From assembly GCA_963796965.1 (NCBI GenBank), contig CAWCNS010000005.1:768001-832000 (forward strand): a stretch of 64,000 nucleotides of DNA, given 5' to 3'. Source of the DNA: Calditrichia bacterium (GTDB lineage Bacteria; Calditrichota; Calditrichia; JAJRVZ01). How positions within the stretch are numbered: the first letter of the stretch is position 1; every line of letters starts with the position of its first letter. The notes beneath the pieces are model-generated. The model was not told the origin of the DNA and did not search any database. It saw only the letters and a program-made list of their open reading frames with translations. Positions 51,523 through 63,495 of the stretch are shown here, in pieces. The translations under genes and the position numbers were made by a program.

Positions 51523-52159
51523 ATGGCAACAGAGTATTCTGCGTTGGGATTAGTTCTCATTTGTATCCTTTCAATTTTCTCCATTTTAAGTTGTCAAACA
51601 GACAATAACTTAGAAGAGCTTTCACATTTAATGACAGGATCCTTTAGTAGTCAGGCGCAGGCCGCGCTGGATTCAAATTATTATAACATTCGTCTGGAGA
51701 TGGTTCCAATCTGGAGAGATAGAGACAATGGCAAATGGCTTTATGTTGAGCAAGCTGCCTCTTGGAGTCTGGACAAACCTTATCGTCAAAGAGTCTATCA
51801 ATTGATCGAGGGTGATGGTGGCATCATCCTTAGTGTGGTTTATTCAATTCCACAACCTCTTCGTTTTGCCGGCGCCTGGAAAAACAAAAATCCACTAAAG
51901 GAACTGACTCCGGATTCTCTTGAGGTACGTGAAGGTTGTGTCGTCATACTTAGAAAAACAGCATCATTTGAATATACAGGTAATACAAATAAAAATGATT
52001 GTCAGAGCTACGCTTAGAGGTGCCTCCTATGCAACCACAGAGGTGATTATAGATAAAGATAAAATAGTTAGCTGGGATCGTGGTTTCAATTCCGCAGATA
52101 CTCAGGTTTGGGGTGCAACCAAAGGTGGATATGTATTTAAGAGGATATCGAAAATGTAA
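51523..52159 (+). CDS. CpcT/CpeT-family (chromophore lyase-like) lipoprotein; frameshift near 52000
   Basis: MTGSFSSQAQ, WLYVEQA, PYRQRVY; then LRGASYATTEV, SWDRGF, QVWGATKGGYVF. Confidence 0.85.
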
Positions 52160-52288
52160 TATCTTGAGTCTTATAAAATATTTCCTTTGCGACTTTAAGC
52201 CTTTGCATGAGAATATATATACTATTTAGGCAATCAAAACTAATTAGAATATCGCATTAGCCAAATCAATCTTAATCGGGAGAAAACT

Positions 52289-54254
52289 ATGTCTCGGTTA
52301 CAAAAAAGACGTGTTGTATTTAGCCTATACCCTATTTTCTTTTTAATTTTTGCACTTTCTATTTCACTGCCAGGCCAAGAGATGCCTCCTTCTCTCGAGG
52401 AATCAGCCTCTGAACCAATTAAGTATGTCGGTAAGCAACAAACGGATGCGCGATATCACCACGGTGGACTCCGGCATGTGGTTGGTGTTCATCGTTATCA
52501 AGCCTTTCGTGCTAATCGTGAACAACCTCCTGAAATTAATAGCCGAACAGGTTGGACTTATAACCATCAGCCCTATCTCTGTTATTGGAATAATCAGTTC
52601 TATCTACAATATCTGAGTAATCAGTTTACAGAACACCTTACTCCCGGGCGGACGATGTTGATGACATCAACCGATGGCCGTGACTGGCTTAATCCGGAAA
52701 TATTGTTTCCTGAGTACTCCCTACCAGCGATTGATTATACACATCCAGAATCTGGTAAAACCTATCATCTGCCAGAAGGAACCAAAGCTGTAATGCACCA
52801 AAGAATGGGATTCTACATCACCAAAGACAAGCGGCTATTTACTCTGGGTTTTTATAGTTACTGTCCGGTCTCACGAATAGGGCCCAATAATGGGCATGGC
52901 TTAGGACGGGTGGTCAGGGAAATTTACAAGGACGGATCATATGGCCCGATCTATTTTATCCGCTTTAACAGACATGCCGGTTGGAATGAAAAGAATACAA
53001 ATTACCCATTTTATAAAGCCAGCACTGATAAGGATTTTGTAAAGGGTTGCGAAGAACTTTTGGCGAATAAACTGGTCACCCTGCAATGGTGGGAGGAGGA
53101 CCGGGCTGAAGATGGATTTTTTACAATAGAACCCAGTGAATTTGAACCGAAAGCATTTCAGTTATTTTCGTCGGCCAGACGGTGTAATTGTAGGCGCCTG
53201 GAAAATCCAGATTTCAGCGCTCAGTCCAGACAATGGCAAAAGCTGGACGGATTTAACCCTTTCGAAATCACTTATGACCTGTGGCGCAAAAACCTGGATA
53301 CAACAAACTGAAGATGATAAATACGCTTTGGTCTATAATCATTCTGCCACCAGGCGTAATCGCTGGCCCTTGGCAGTCATGACGAGTACCGACGGACATG
53401 AATTTGATAATTTGCTCTGCCTTCATGGTGAAGTCCCCCCTATGCGGTATCATGGATGGGCCAAGAATCAGGGCCCACAGTATATTCGGGGAATATTTGA
53501 AGGAAACGGCAACCCTCCCGAAAATCATATGTGGAATACTTATAGTATGAGCAAAGAAGATATGTGGGTGAGCAGAACGCGACTCCCAATTTCAGGAACG
53601 GTCGACAAAAATGTTAATCAAACCTTTGACCAGCTCAAAAGTGAAGCGGATTTAGAATTTTGGAATTTATATGTTCCAAAGTGGGCACCTATAGATGTTG
53701 TATCATTTCCGGGTACGAATAATCGTGTTTTACGGTTAATAGATGAAGAACCCTATGACTATGCCTGTGCGGAAAGACATTTTCCACCAAGCAGTCGAGC
53801 AACAGTAGAATTTGATGTCTTTATAAAAGATCAGGGTAAGGATAATCTGGAATTTGAAATTCATGACCAGAAGGATCAGCGTGCGTTGCGTCTGCGATTC
53901 GATTTAAATCTCGAAGGATTAAATTTTGATCTGGGAGGTGTGGAGCCCTGGCCGGTACCGATCAGTGAGAACCAATGGTATCGTATAAAGATTGCTTTTG
54001 ATTGTACAACCGATAGATATGATGTTTGGTTAAACAAACAAATGGTAAGGGAAGAAATTGATCTGGATATAGATGCAGAGACTTTAGAACGGATGGTATT
54101 CCGCACAGGTAGTTGGCGATCTGATGTAAGAATGTTTCTGTTAAAGGGTCAACCAAATGGTCCGGGATTAGATAGTGAGGACCTGGCTGGAGCAGGACAG
54201 AAAGTTGCAAAAAGTACTTTCTGGATCGACAATGTCAAAACGTCACAACCATAA
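52289..54254 (+). CDS. GH143-like (BT1020 N-terminal type) beta-propeller glycoside hydrolase; frameshift near 53160
   Basis: GWTYNHQPYLCYWNNQFYLQYLS, VMHQRMGFY, GLGRVVREI, LQWWEEDR, RWPLA, GPQYIRGI, YSMSKEDMWV. Confidence 0.7.
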
Positions 54255-54327
54255 TTCTCCCAATCTTTAAACATTCATTCTGTTACTACAGGGAGCCAAC
54301 CATACGTCTGAAAGATGGATCCGAACG

Positions 54328-54630
54328 ATGATTCTCATTTTTCTCTTCCCTCTTCTGTTTTCTGGTATAATCCAGGCAAAGCCACAATCAAAACACTTTA
54401 CAGTTGAAGAAATCGACCAAGGAATCTGGGCTGTAATTCATAAATTTGGCGGATATGCGATCTGCAATGCCGGAAGTATAGATTTGAGGGATGAGACTTT
54501 GATTTTCGATTTATTTATCTCTCCGGAAGCAGCACGGGATCTAAAGCGTGTCGCCGAGGAACTCACAGCTAAACCAATAAAATATGTCATAAATAATTAT
54601 TATCCAATTTATCCTTGCATTAGTCCATAG
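54328..54630 (+). pseudogene. Truncated MBL-fold metallo-hydrolase (N-terminal part only)
   Basis: ICNAG, TLIFD, PIKYVIN; ends where the HxHxDH motif should start. Confidence 0.6.
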
Positions 54631-54660
54631 AATATAATTAATTTGAATTATCTAATTATT

Positions 54661-54786
54661 TTCTCTCAAAGACGCTAAATCACAAAAAATTATAGGCATA
54701 GCACGTAGCGCGCGGTGTGTCAAACCCCTATACCCCGCTATAGGCTCTTCTCGTTATGCAATTTCAATCTTGCGTCTTTGGGTGAT
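54661..54786. repeat. Degenerate CGCAAAG-family inverted repeat with a GC-rich insert
   Basis: ctctcaaagacgctaaa ... tcttgcgtctttgggtga. Confidence 0.5.
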
Positions 54787-54822
54787 TAACTAAATTCAGC
54801 TATTCCAGTTGACCAGATTGCA

Positions 54823-55749
54823 TTGATAATTCCTACATTAAATAAACTAAAAACGTATATCAGATTGTTGAGTCAGAAAAAAATTCTAATTGCATCCAGT
54901 ATTGTTGGCGCAGAGATAAAACCCTATCAATTTACAGTTAGTGCACGACAGATATCCAATTATGCTGCAGCTATTTCCGATACGAACGACATCTACTATA
55001 ACAGCAAAAAAAAGGACGATTTTTATGCACATCCTCTTTTTCCGGTTAGGATATCCTGGGAGATAATAAGAAATCTTCCTGACTATTTAGGGGTTGAAAC
55101 ACCCTTCACGTTAAAAAGTCAATTAGTACATCATTCAGAATATTTAAGATATAATCGGTTACCTAAACCTGGTGATGTGCTCAGTTTAAGGGGAGAAATT
55201 GCAGCCATCCTACCCCATCAAAGAGGGGCAAAGGTTATACTCAAGTTTGATTACCTCGATCAACAGGGACAGTTAATCTGCACGGAATATATTGGTGCAA
55301 TTATATTCGGATTTAAATGTACAGATTCTGGTAGGGGCAGAGAATCTATTCCACAGATTGATCGAATTGCAGAATCTGAAGCCATTTGGACTGAAAATAT
55401 AGCCATTAGCAGAGTTTCACCCTATATTTATGACGGTTGTACAGATATAATCTATCCCGTACATACTGACAGAATATTCGCTAGATCAATGGGTCTACCA
55501 GACATAATTCTTCAAGGTTCGGCAACCCTGGCGATGAGTGTTTCAAAAATTATAGAAAAAGAGTTAGGAGAAGATCCAAAATCAATTGCAGTTGTTGCCG
55601 GCAAGTTTACGGATATAGTAATACCACCAAATAGTTTATCGGTACAATTGCTTAAAAGATCCGGCGATGAATTGTATTTTGATGTGAGAGAAGAATCTGG
55701 AAAATATGTTATCAGGGGTGGTTACATCAAGACAAAAAAGAAGCAATAA
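54823..55749 (+). CDS. MaoC-family double hot-dog dehydratase; start uncertain
   Basis: ISNYAAAISDTN, AHPLFP, VHHSE, DIIYPVHTD...GLPDIILQG. Confidence 0.8.
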   Translation: MIIPTLNKLKTYIRLLSQKKILIASSIVGAEIKPYQFTVSARQISNYAAAISDTNDIYYNSKKKDDFYAHPLFPVRISWEIIRNLPDYLGVETPFTLKSQLVHHSEYLRYNRLPKPGDVLSLRGEIAAILPHQRGAKVILKFDYLDQQGQLICTEYIGAIIFGFKCTDSGRGRESIPQIDRIAESEAIWTENIAISRVSPYIYDGCTDIIYPVHTDRIFARSMGLPDIILQGSATLAMSVSKIIEKELGEDPKSIAVVAGKFTDIVIPPNSLSVQLLKRSGDELYFDVREESGKYVIRGGYIKTKKKQ

Positions 55750-55814
55750 TATCCTAATTCGTCCGTTGAAGCGAATTAAATTCAACTCTGCCATATTATA
55801 ATGAGGAGAAATGT

Positions 55815-57542
55815 ATGCGGGATCCCAAAAAAGACGAACGGTGTTTAGAACTCAACAAAGAATTAACAGATTATCCACGGATGTTTGACTGGGTTGATCG
55901 ATGGGCCAAAGAGAAACCCAATGAGCTTGCTTTGATTGAGTATAACACCGGAGATGAAATCACATGGAAGGATTTTGCAACCAAATCAAAAGCTTTTGCG
56001 GCAAAGCTTCTCAGCATGGGCATTAAAAAGGGAGATATCATTGCCACAATGTTGGTTTTATTAAAGGAGCATGTCTATCTCATGTATGCCTGCTACAGAA
56101 TCGGCGCTATTTTGGCTCCCCTCGATCCACGACTAAAAAGCCAGGAAGTTGACCAATGTTTTCAGAAAATGTTACCCAAGGCATTTTTCTGCCTGGGTAA
56201 TACTCCTGTTAGTGACTTCCGGCCGATCATCACTGAGATGATCAATAAACATGGTAAAGCAAATGGTGGAAGTTGCGATCATTTTATTCAATTCCAGAAG
56301 GAAGAGAACGAAATAGTCGAAGGTGCTATTGGGATTGTGCCTTTTGCCAGCGATATTAAAAAGATCTTCATCAAATCCTTAATAACCGGAAAAGTCAAAA
56401 AAGCACAAAAACTTGTCACGAAAAAGGATCCCATTCTGATTATCTTTACCACTGGTTCCACGGGATATCCCAAACCGGCACTTCTGTCTTCAGAAAATAT
56501 ACTTGTTCAGAATATTGGTTTAGGCGTTGCTTTTGATATTGTGGCCGAGGACAGAATGCTCGTCAATCTTCCCCCCAGTCATGTAGGCTGTACGACGGAA
56601 CAGTTAGCAACAACAATTTTTTGTGGAGGAACGAGTGTTCTTCTGCATGTATTTAAACCTGATGAATCTCTTGATGCCATTCAAAAATACAAGGTAACAG
56701 CATTTGGGCAGATTCCGGCTTTGTTTGCCATGGAATGGCGTTTACCAAACTACAAGGATTACGATATCTCCACATTAAAATTTGCACTCTATGGTGGTCA
56801 AGCAGTTACACGACAATTCCTTGAACAGCTCTCAACCATGGCACCGAAATTCGGCACGGGTCTTGGTCTTACTGAGATTGGCGGTTTTTGCACTTATTCA
56901 CCTCTGGACGGAACAGTGGATGATATATTAGCGAGCATTGGTTTCGATATGCCCCTCTGTCCTCTCACTATTCGGGAGGACATGAACGATGATGGTTCAG
57001 CAGGAGCGGAGAAACTTCCTGGGGAAGTTGGTGAGATTTGTTTCTCAGGCCCCCAGGTATTTCTTGGATATTTAAATGACGAAGAAAATACAAAAAAAAC
57101 GATCTCTATAGATGGTCTATTATACACGGGTGATTTAGGATCTTACGATGAGAAAGGATTACATTTTGCCGGACGTTCAAAATTAATGATAAAGCCTAAG
57201 GGTAATAATGTCTTTCCAACAGAAGTAGAAGAATTTATTTCTTCTAGTTTGAAATCAAAAGTGGCAAGTGTTGCTGTGGTTGGCGCTGAACATGAAATTT
57301 TCACAGAAGGGATTATTGCCTTTATTGAAATGAAGCCCAATATAGAACTTAAAGGTGATGAAGTTAATGAAATATGTAAAGAAATTGCTTCTTATAAACG
57401 TCCCTCACATGTGGAGATTCTAGCACCCGAAGGTATGCCACTTAATCGGGTGGCTAAAACAGATTATATGGAATTAAAACGCCGGGGGGCTGATATTGTT
57501 AATAAACTCCGCCAAGAGGGAGGCTGGGACAAAACCTTATAA
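55815..57542 (+). CDS. Acyl-CoA synthetase (AMP-forming)
   Basis: FTTGSTGYPK, GLGLTE, LYTGDLG, GRSKLMIKPKG. Confidence 0.9.
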   Translation: MRDPKKDERCLELNKELTDYPRMFDWVDRWAKEKPNELALIEYNTGDEITWKDFATKSKAFAAKLLSMGIKKGDIIATMLVLLKEHVYLMYACYRIGAILAPLDPRLKSQEVDQCFQKMLPKAFFCLGNTPVSDFRPIITEMINKHGKANGGSCDHFIQFQKEENEIVEGAIGIVPFASDIKKIFIKSLITGKVKKAQKLVTKKDPILIIFTTGSTGYPKPALLSSENILVQNIGLGVAFDIVAEDRMLVNLPPSHVGCTTEQLATTIFCGGTSVLLHVFKPDESLDAIQKYKVTAFGQIPALFAMEWRLPNYKDYDISTLKFALYGGQAVTRQFLEQLSTMAPKFGTGLGLTEIGGFCTYSPLDGTVDDILASIGFDMPLCPLTIREDMNDDGSAGAEKLPGEVGEICFSGPQVFLGYLNDEENTKKTISIDGLLYTGDLGSYDEKGLHFAGRSKLMIKPKGNNVFPTEVEEFISSSLKSKVASVAVVGAEHEIFTEGIIAFIEMKPNIELKGDEVNEICKEIASYKRPSHVEILAPEGMPLNRVAKTDYMELKRRGADIVNKLRQEGGWDKTL

Positions 57543-57577
57543 AACAAAATTTTTACCATTATCCGGAGATATATAGG

Positions 57578-57975
57578 ATGCAAAAAACATTTATCATTTC
57601 AGTATTACAGGATAATTTTGCCGTTTGTCGGTTAAGTGCATTTGATCCTTTACCAGACTGGGTACTGAAGGACCCACTCTCCTCTATTACACGGACACCC
57701 GAGGAGTATTCGGTTGTTTGTCCACATGAAAGTATACCTGAGAAGGATAAATTTTCTTGCGAGAGCGAATGGAAATGTCTGAAGATCCATGGGCCTCTTG
57801 ATTTTAGTGAAGTTGGTATCATCTCAAATTTAACATCAATATCTCAGCTGCTGCTGAGATCAGTGTTTTTGTCTTATCAACCTATGAGACCGACTATATT
57901 CTGGTAAAAAAAATGAATATTGATAAGGCTGCTCAGGTCCTAACGGAATCCGGAAATGAGGTTTATTTCGATTAA
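57578..57975 (+). CDS. ACT-domain (CASTOR/ACT_7-like) protein; frameshift near 57845
   Basis: SITRTPEEYSVVC, WKCLKIHGPLDFSEVGII; shifted frame ISVFVLSTYETDYILV. Confidence 0.85.
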
Positions 57976-57992
57976 GATGAAGGCATTTTATA

Positions 57993-58544
57993 ATGATTGA
58001 AATTCCATTTATCAGAACCGATAGAACCACTTTAACTATTCTCAAACCTGAACGTGCCGGACTTATCTTCGCTTATTATCAGGAAAATAAAACGCATTTG
58101 GCACCCTGGGAGCCTGAGAGAAAAGACGCCTTTTATACCCTCAGGGCCTGCCAGGATAGAGCTGCCAACTCTTATTCCGGATTCTTTCAGAAACACTGCG
58201 TGAATTTTTGTATACTGGATAACCAGGAATCCGAACTTATCGGCTTATGCAATTTTACAAACATCATCAGAGGGCCATTTCAAGCTTGTCATATGGGATA
58301 TTCCATAGCAAGCAAATTAGAGAATCAGGGATACATGTCTGAAGCGGCAAAATCGGCGATTTCATATATGTTTACCGAAATAGGTTTGCATCGGATTATG
58401 GCCAACTATATGCCACATAATGAGAGGTCTGCCAAACTACTTACAAAACTTGGATTTGAGAAAGAAGGATATGCCAAGTCCTATTTGAAAATAGGTGAAA
58501 AATGGCAAGACCATGTCTTAACCTCATTAATAAATGATCAATGA
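57993..58544 (+). CDS. rimJ: Ribosomal-protein-alanine N-acetyltransferase (RimJ family)
   Basis: HLAPWEP, NIIRGPFQACHMGY, LHRIMANYMPHNERS, WQDHVLT. Confidence 0.88.
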   Translation: MIEIPFIRTDRTTLTILKPERAGLIFAYYQENKTHLAPWEPERKDAFYTLRACQDRAANSYSGFFQKHCVNFCILDNQESELIGLCNFTNIIRGPFQACHMGYSIASKLENQGYMSEAAKSAISYMFTEIGLHRIMANYMPHNERSAKLLTKLGFEKEGYAKSYLKIGEKWQDHVLTSLINDQ

Positions 58545-58562
58545 GAGTAGCACATTATAGAA

Positions 58563-59919
58563 ATGTTATTTATGCCAAATTTTTGGCAGCTAAATATTAG
58601 ATTATTTTGGAAAATATTTTTTATTATATTTATGATATTCTCCCCCATACAGGCTCAAAACGAGGTAAAGGTACAATTCTCGAGCAGCAACAACCATCGC
58701 CTAAAGTCAATTGATCACGATGATGATCTATCAGAGAATTATGTGTCGGATGAAAGTAGATTGTACGCAAAAATGGAATCAAATTTTGAAGTAAATTCTA
58801 AACTACCCGCTGAATTCGACATAATGTGGAGAAAAACAGAACAATTCTATAAGCAGGGAATTAGAGAAAACAATATAATAGGAAGTCAGCTTATTTTTTA
58901 TTCATTCTGGGAAAGTTGCTGCCAAATCTTATTATGGTTTTGCGGATTTAGAAACAAAGCGGAAAATCGATGCACAAACCATTTATCACTGGGCTTCTAT
59001 TACAAAAACTTTCACGGGCATCGCTATTATGCAACTTCGTGACAGGGGTTTCTTAAATCTCAGCGACCCGATCGTCAATTATTTACCGGGACTAAATCAG
59101 GTTTACAATCCTTACGGGCCCATGAAAGACATTACGATCAAACAGTTTATGAGCCATACTGCAGGCTTCAGGGCTTCTTCCTGGCCATGGGGAGGAGATG
59201 AGGACTGGCATCCCTATGAACCTTTACAGTGGCAACAATTAGAAGCTATGTTTCCCTACACTAAAATTTTATTTAAACCAGGATCACAATATAGTTACTC
59301 AAATCCGGCTGTCATATTTCTTGGAAGAATTATTGAACAGATAAGTGGTGATGATTATGAAGTTTATATTGATAAAAACATTTTAAAGCCACTCGAGATG
59401 TACCATACTTATTTCGACCATACCCCCTACCATCTCATAAAATACCGCTCAAATAGTTATTACACAAAAGATAGTGTTATTAAAGCTAATGGGTTTGATT
59501 TCGACACAGGTATTACAGTTTCTAACGGCGGTCTTAATGCACCTTTAACAGACATGATAAAATATCTCATCTGGCTGGCAGAAAATTCAGTCGCGGATAG
59601 CAAAATACTTAGTCGTCGTTCATTAAATGAAATGTGGACACCCCAGATTAGTATTGAGAGAACCTCTCAGTTGAAAAAGTCTATGGGATTATCTTTTTTT
59701 ATTTATGATTACAATAATTTTAGCCTGATCGGGCATACAGGTGAACAGAGGGGATTTATTTCGTTCATCCTGGTTCACCCATCTACAGGAACGGCAGCCA
59801 TTGCTGTATTTAATACGACTGATATTGTAACAAAAGGCCAATCCAATACCAAGCGTTTTTCTACTGAGGTTCAGAATTCTCTCATCAAGAACATTTGGCC
59901 ACTCTTTACTAATAAGTAG
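58563..59919 (+). CDS. Serine hydrolase (beta-lactamase family); frameshift in a T run near 58895
   Basis: Restored WASITKT (SxxK), MSHTAG, YSYSN, GHTG. Confidence 0.85.
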
Positions 59920-59949
59920 CCATTATAACTATAGGTATATCAATCGCTT

Positions 59950-60903
59950 ATGAAAGCAAACACTTCATCACTTCCCCTATTACTGTTATTTTTAACATTT
60001 GTTTTATCCTGCAATCCTGGCACTGTCCCAAACAAAAAACCATCAGCTAATAGTTCGGCTACAGAGGAAAATATGGGTCTCATTGAACAGATTGGAAATT
60101 CAACTTATACAGGATTTAAAATGGTTGAGGAAGCCATCAAATTAGAAAACGGATCCTGGGAGGGTTCTCCATACGTAGAAGATGGTTCTTCAAAAGCGCA
60201 CATTTACATTTTAGATAATTTTCTTCTTGAGGGTGATCTGGATGGGGATAACATGGATGAGGTCGTTACTTTTCTTGGAGAAAGTGGTGGTGGCTCAGGA
60301 GAATATATATATCTGGCTCTTCTGAAAAAAAGTGAGAATGGTCTTGTAAATCTCCAGACCAAATTCCTCGGTGACAGAATCCAAATAAAAGAAGCGATAA
60401 TAAAGGATAAACACCTGCATCTTGATTTACTTCGATGTGGTCCGAATGATGCAACCTGTTGTCCAGGGGAATTAATAAGGGAGATCTGGCAGCTCAAATC
60501 AGGAGATTTCATTATCTCAACAGATAAGGAAGGACCCAGACGACTTTCATTGTCTGATATCGGCGCCACTGAGTGGATCCTAAAATATTGGAATGCGAAG
60601 GAAGAGGCTCCGTCTGAACCAAAAATATCATTACTTTTTAAAGATGGAAAATTTGCAGGGAATTCAGGATGCAACCGTTATTTTACGCCGGTCACTCCCG
60701 GAGACAATCCCGGTATGATTTCCACCGGCATGGCTGGCTCAACAATGATGGCCTGCCCTGATTCAATCATGAAAATTGAACAACGATTTTTATCACTACT
60801 CGCAGGCATTAATAAGTTTGGATTTATTAATACCAAATTAACGCTATCATACCATAACGAGAATAATGATGATATTTTAATATTTGAACGACCAAAAAAA
60901 TAA
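59950..60903 (+). CDS. META-domain lipoprotein
   Basis: VLSC lipobox; GNSGCNRY, STMMAC. Confidence 0.85.
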   Translation: MKANTSSLPLLLLFLTFVLSCNPGTVPNKKPSANSSATEENMGLIEQIGNSTYTGFKMVEEAIKLENGSWEGSPYVEDGSSKAHIYILDNFLLEGDLDGDNMDEVVTFLGESGGGSGEYIYLALLKKSENGLVNLQTKFLGDRIQIKEAIIKDKHLHLDLLRCGPNDATCCPGELIREIWQLKSGDFIISTDKEGPRRLSLSDIGATEWILKYWNAKEEAPSEPKISLLFKDGKFAGNSGCNRYFTPVTPGDNPGMISTGMAGSTMMACPDSIMKIEQRFLSLLAGINKFGFINTKLTLSYHNENNDDILIFERPKK

Positions 60904-61012
60904 TCACCGCCGAGTGTAATGAGAATTTTATTTGTAAAAAGTCAAAAGATAAATAAACAATAATCTGAATGGCCAGAGGCCATAAAATCAAACCTAAAAT
61001 GTTGGAGAAACC

Positions 61013-63114
61013 ATGAAAATTAAAACTGCCATTCGAAATCTGTCACTTTTAACCCTCATTATAATTCTCTTACCGCTGTCATGTCAGGACAAAAATCAGG
61101 TTACGATTTATCGGGATAACTGGGGCGTTCCGCACATCTATGCCCCATCGGAGACAGCATTGGCTTTTGCCTTCGGGTACACACAGGCGGAAGATCGTCT
61201 TATTCAGATATTATCCTCCTATCGCTATGCAGTTGGCACAATGGCTGAAGCATTCGGGGAAAAATATGTCAATTCCGATTATAATCAACGGGTATGGCAA
61301 CATGCCAAAATTTCCAAGGAAAAATTTTCCCAGATTTCTCCTGAACTTCAGCAGATCGCCCGCTATTTTGTCGCCGGCATACAGCATTATATGGAGACAC
61401 ATCAGGATAAGGTTCCGGATTGGGCACCCGAAGTTGAACCCTGGCATGTACTAGGCATTAGGTCGCTCATTTATATGGGGATGGCCACAGGGGCAGGCAA
61501 GAGGAGATATGCGCCGGGGTAAAATGAAAATTGAACGTCCCCATCACTCCAACCAATGGCTGGTTAGTCCACAACGAACTTCAGAGAATGTTGCGATTGC
61601 CCTCATTGACCCGCATCTTAATTTTCATACATCAGGAAAGTGGTTAGAGGCGGCCTTACATTCAGAGGATATAGATCTGAGAGGTATGGTTGTACCCGGA
61701 ACTCCTTTTATTGCCCTGGGCCATAATCAGTATATTTCATGGGCAGCAACAACAGGTGGACCTGATTGTGCGGATGTGTATGAATTAGAAATAAATCCGG
61801 ATAACCCCTTACAGTATAAATACGATGATAATTGGCGGGATATTAAAACAGAAACTACCACAATTCGTGTTAAAACCAAAGATGGTATTAAAGAAGTTAA
61901 AAAATCAATCGAGCGTAGTCATTATGGTCCGATACAGGAGAGAATCGGAGGTAAAGCTTATGCCTTCAAACTAGCCTATGCTGAAGAAGTGTTATTGGTT
62001 GAACAAATGCATAAAACAAACAGAGCTTAAAAATTTAAAGGAGTTTATAGAGGCCATTTCTATGTGTCAAATGATGCCCCAGAATATGATGTGTGCAACC
62101 ATCGAAGGAGATATATATTATGCCCGTACGGGTATGGTTCCTATTCGTCCGGAAGGTTATGACTGGGATTATCCAGTGCCCGGCAATACAAAAGACACAG
62201 AATGGCAGGGAATTCACCCCCATGAGGATTTAATACAAATCACAAATCCTGAGCAAGGCTTTATGCAGAATTGTAACATTTCTCCTGGTACGATGATGCC
62301 AAACAGCCCATTTACGACTGATAAATATGCAAAATATATTTATAATGATGATCAAGATCGCAGCAATCCGCGCGGCAGATCTGCATTACGGTTGTTAGGT
62401 GAGACCGATAAAATGACAGAAGCTCAGGCAAAAAAAATCGCCTTAGATACAAAGGCAGATGGATTTGAAATATGGCAGTCAGCATTAAAAACAGCTTATA
62501 AAGGTCAGTTAAATTCGTTTAAAGATCTTGAAGAGGCAGTAAATCTTATCACCGATTGGAATGGCTATCTCAATGCTGATGAAGAAGCCCCTGCCCTCTA
62601 CAGGATGTGGCGGAGAGAATGCAGCAAACTTTCAAATGCAGCAACGATTCAAAATTCTAAAAAATTGTCTTCAAAAGATGAGAAAGATTTGCTCAAGGCT
62701 CTGAGAAGGGCAAAAAAGTATGCATCCGAAAAATTTGGAACCTTTCGTGTACCCTGGGGTAAGGCCGTCAGATTAAAAAGAGGAGAAAAATCCTGGCCAA
62801 TTAATGGTGGTTCATTTGAGAATGGGGTTTATTGCTTACGAGCAGCAGGTGGTCGTTTTGACAAAGAAACGGGAGAGACGACTATCGATCGCGGGCAATC
62901 CTGTACAATGGTCGTCATATTGAGCAACCCCATTCGTTCATTTAGTATCTTACCTTTTGGGCAAAGTGATGATCCTGAATCAGCACATCATACAGATCAG
63001 GCAGAATCTCTGTTCTCAAAATCTGTTTTTAAATCAACGTATTTTGAGAAAGATGAACTTATGCAAAACCTGGAATCCACGACAGAGTTGTTGCTTCCAG
63101 ATGAGATAAACTGA
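61013..63114 (+). CDS. Penicillin acylase family (Ntn hydrolase); frameshifts near 61460 and 62028
   Basis: IYRDNWGVPHIYA, GYTQAEDRL, SNQW nucleophile, DPHL, RSHYGP, QNCN, GQSDDPESAHHTDQ. Confidence 0.88.
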
Positions 63115-63139
63115 TTTTAATTAATAGATTTAAATTTTA

Positions 63140-63460
63140 TTTCACGCATCGACGCAAAGATTGTATCCACAAATTACTCGAATTTTAACGAATTACACGA
63201 ATTTTTAGCCAGATATAAAATATATAAAATTACAGTACAAATAGTAAAATTGTTGGCTTCAGAGCACCTGGTCATTTTCGAGCGAAGCGATAAATCTAAA
63301 ATTCATGAGGAAACAAAGATATCTCATCCGCCCGGAGAGAATTTTAATCACATTCTCCTGCTTTCATTTTTATTCTTTGAACTTAAATATTAATTTGTGA
63401 AATTTGTTTAAATTCGTGCAATTAGTGGAAAAACGCCGCGTCGTTGCGTCGCTGCGAGAG
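63140..63460. mobile_element. Expanded MITE-like element with a GTCATT..CGAGCGAAGCG-type repeat inside
   Basis: tttcacgcatcgacgcaaag-atccacaaattactcgaattttaacgaattacacgaatt ... aattcgtgcaattagtgga-gcgtcgttgcgtcgctgcgagag; insert at 63271-63335. Confidence 0.8.
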
Positions 63461-63495
63461 TAGACAATAAAAGGCTCAGCGAAACAGGAGTTTTG

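Noticed and set aside
1961..63460. Recurrent repeats as a CRISPR array or integron attC sites
   Set aside because: No regular repeat-spacer period, no cas or integrase gene, and no RYYYAAC/GTTRRRY boxes seen; orientation of copies varies
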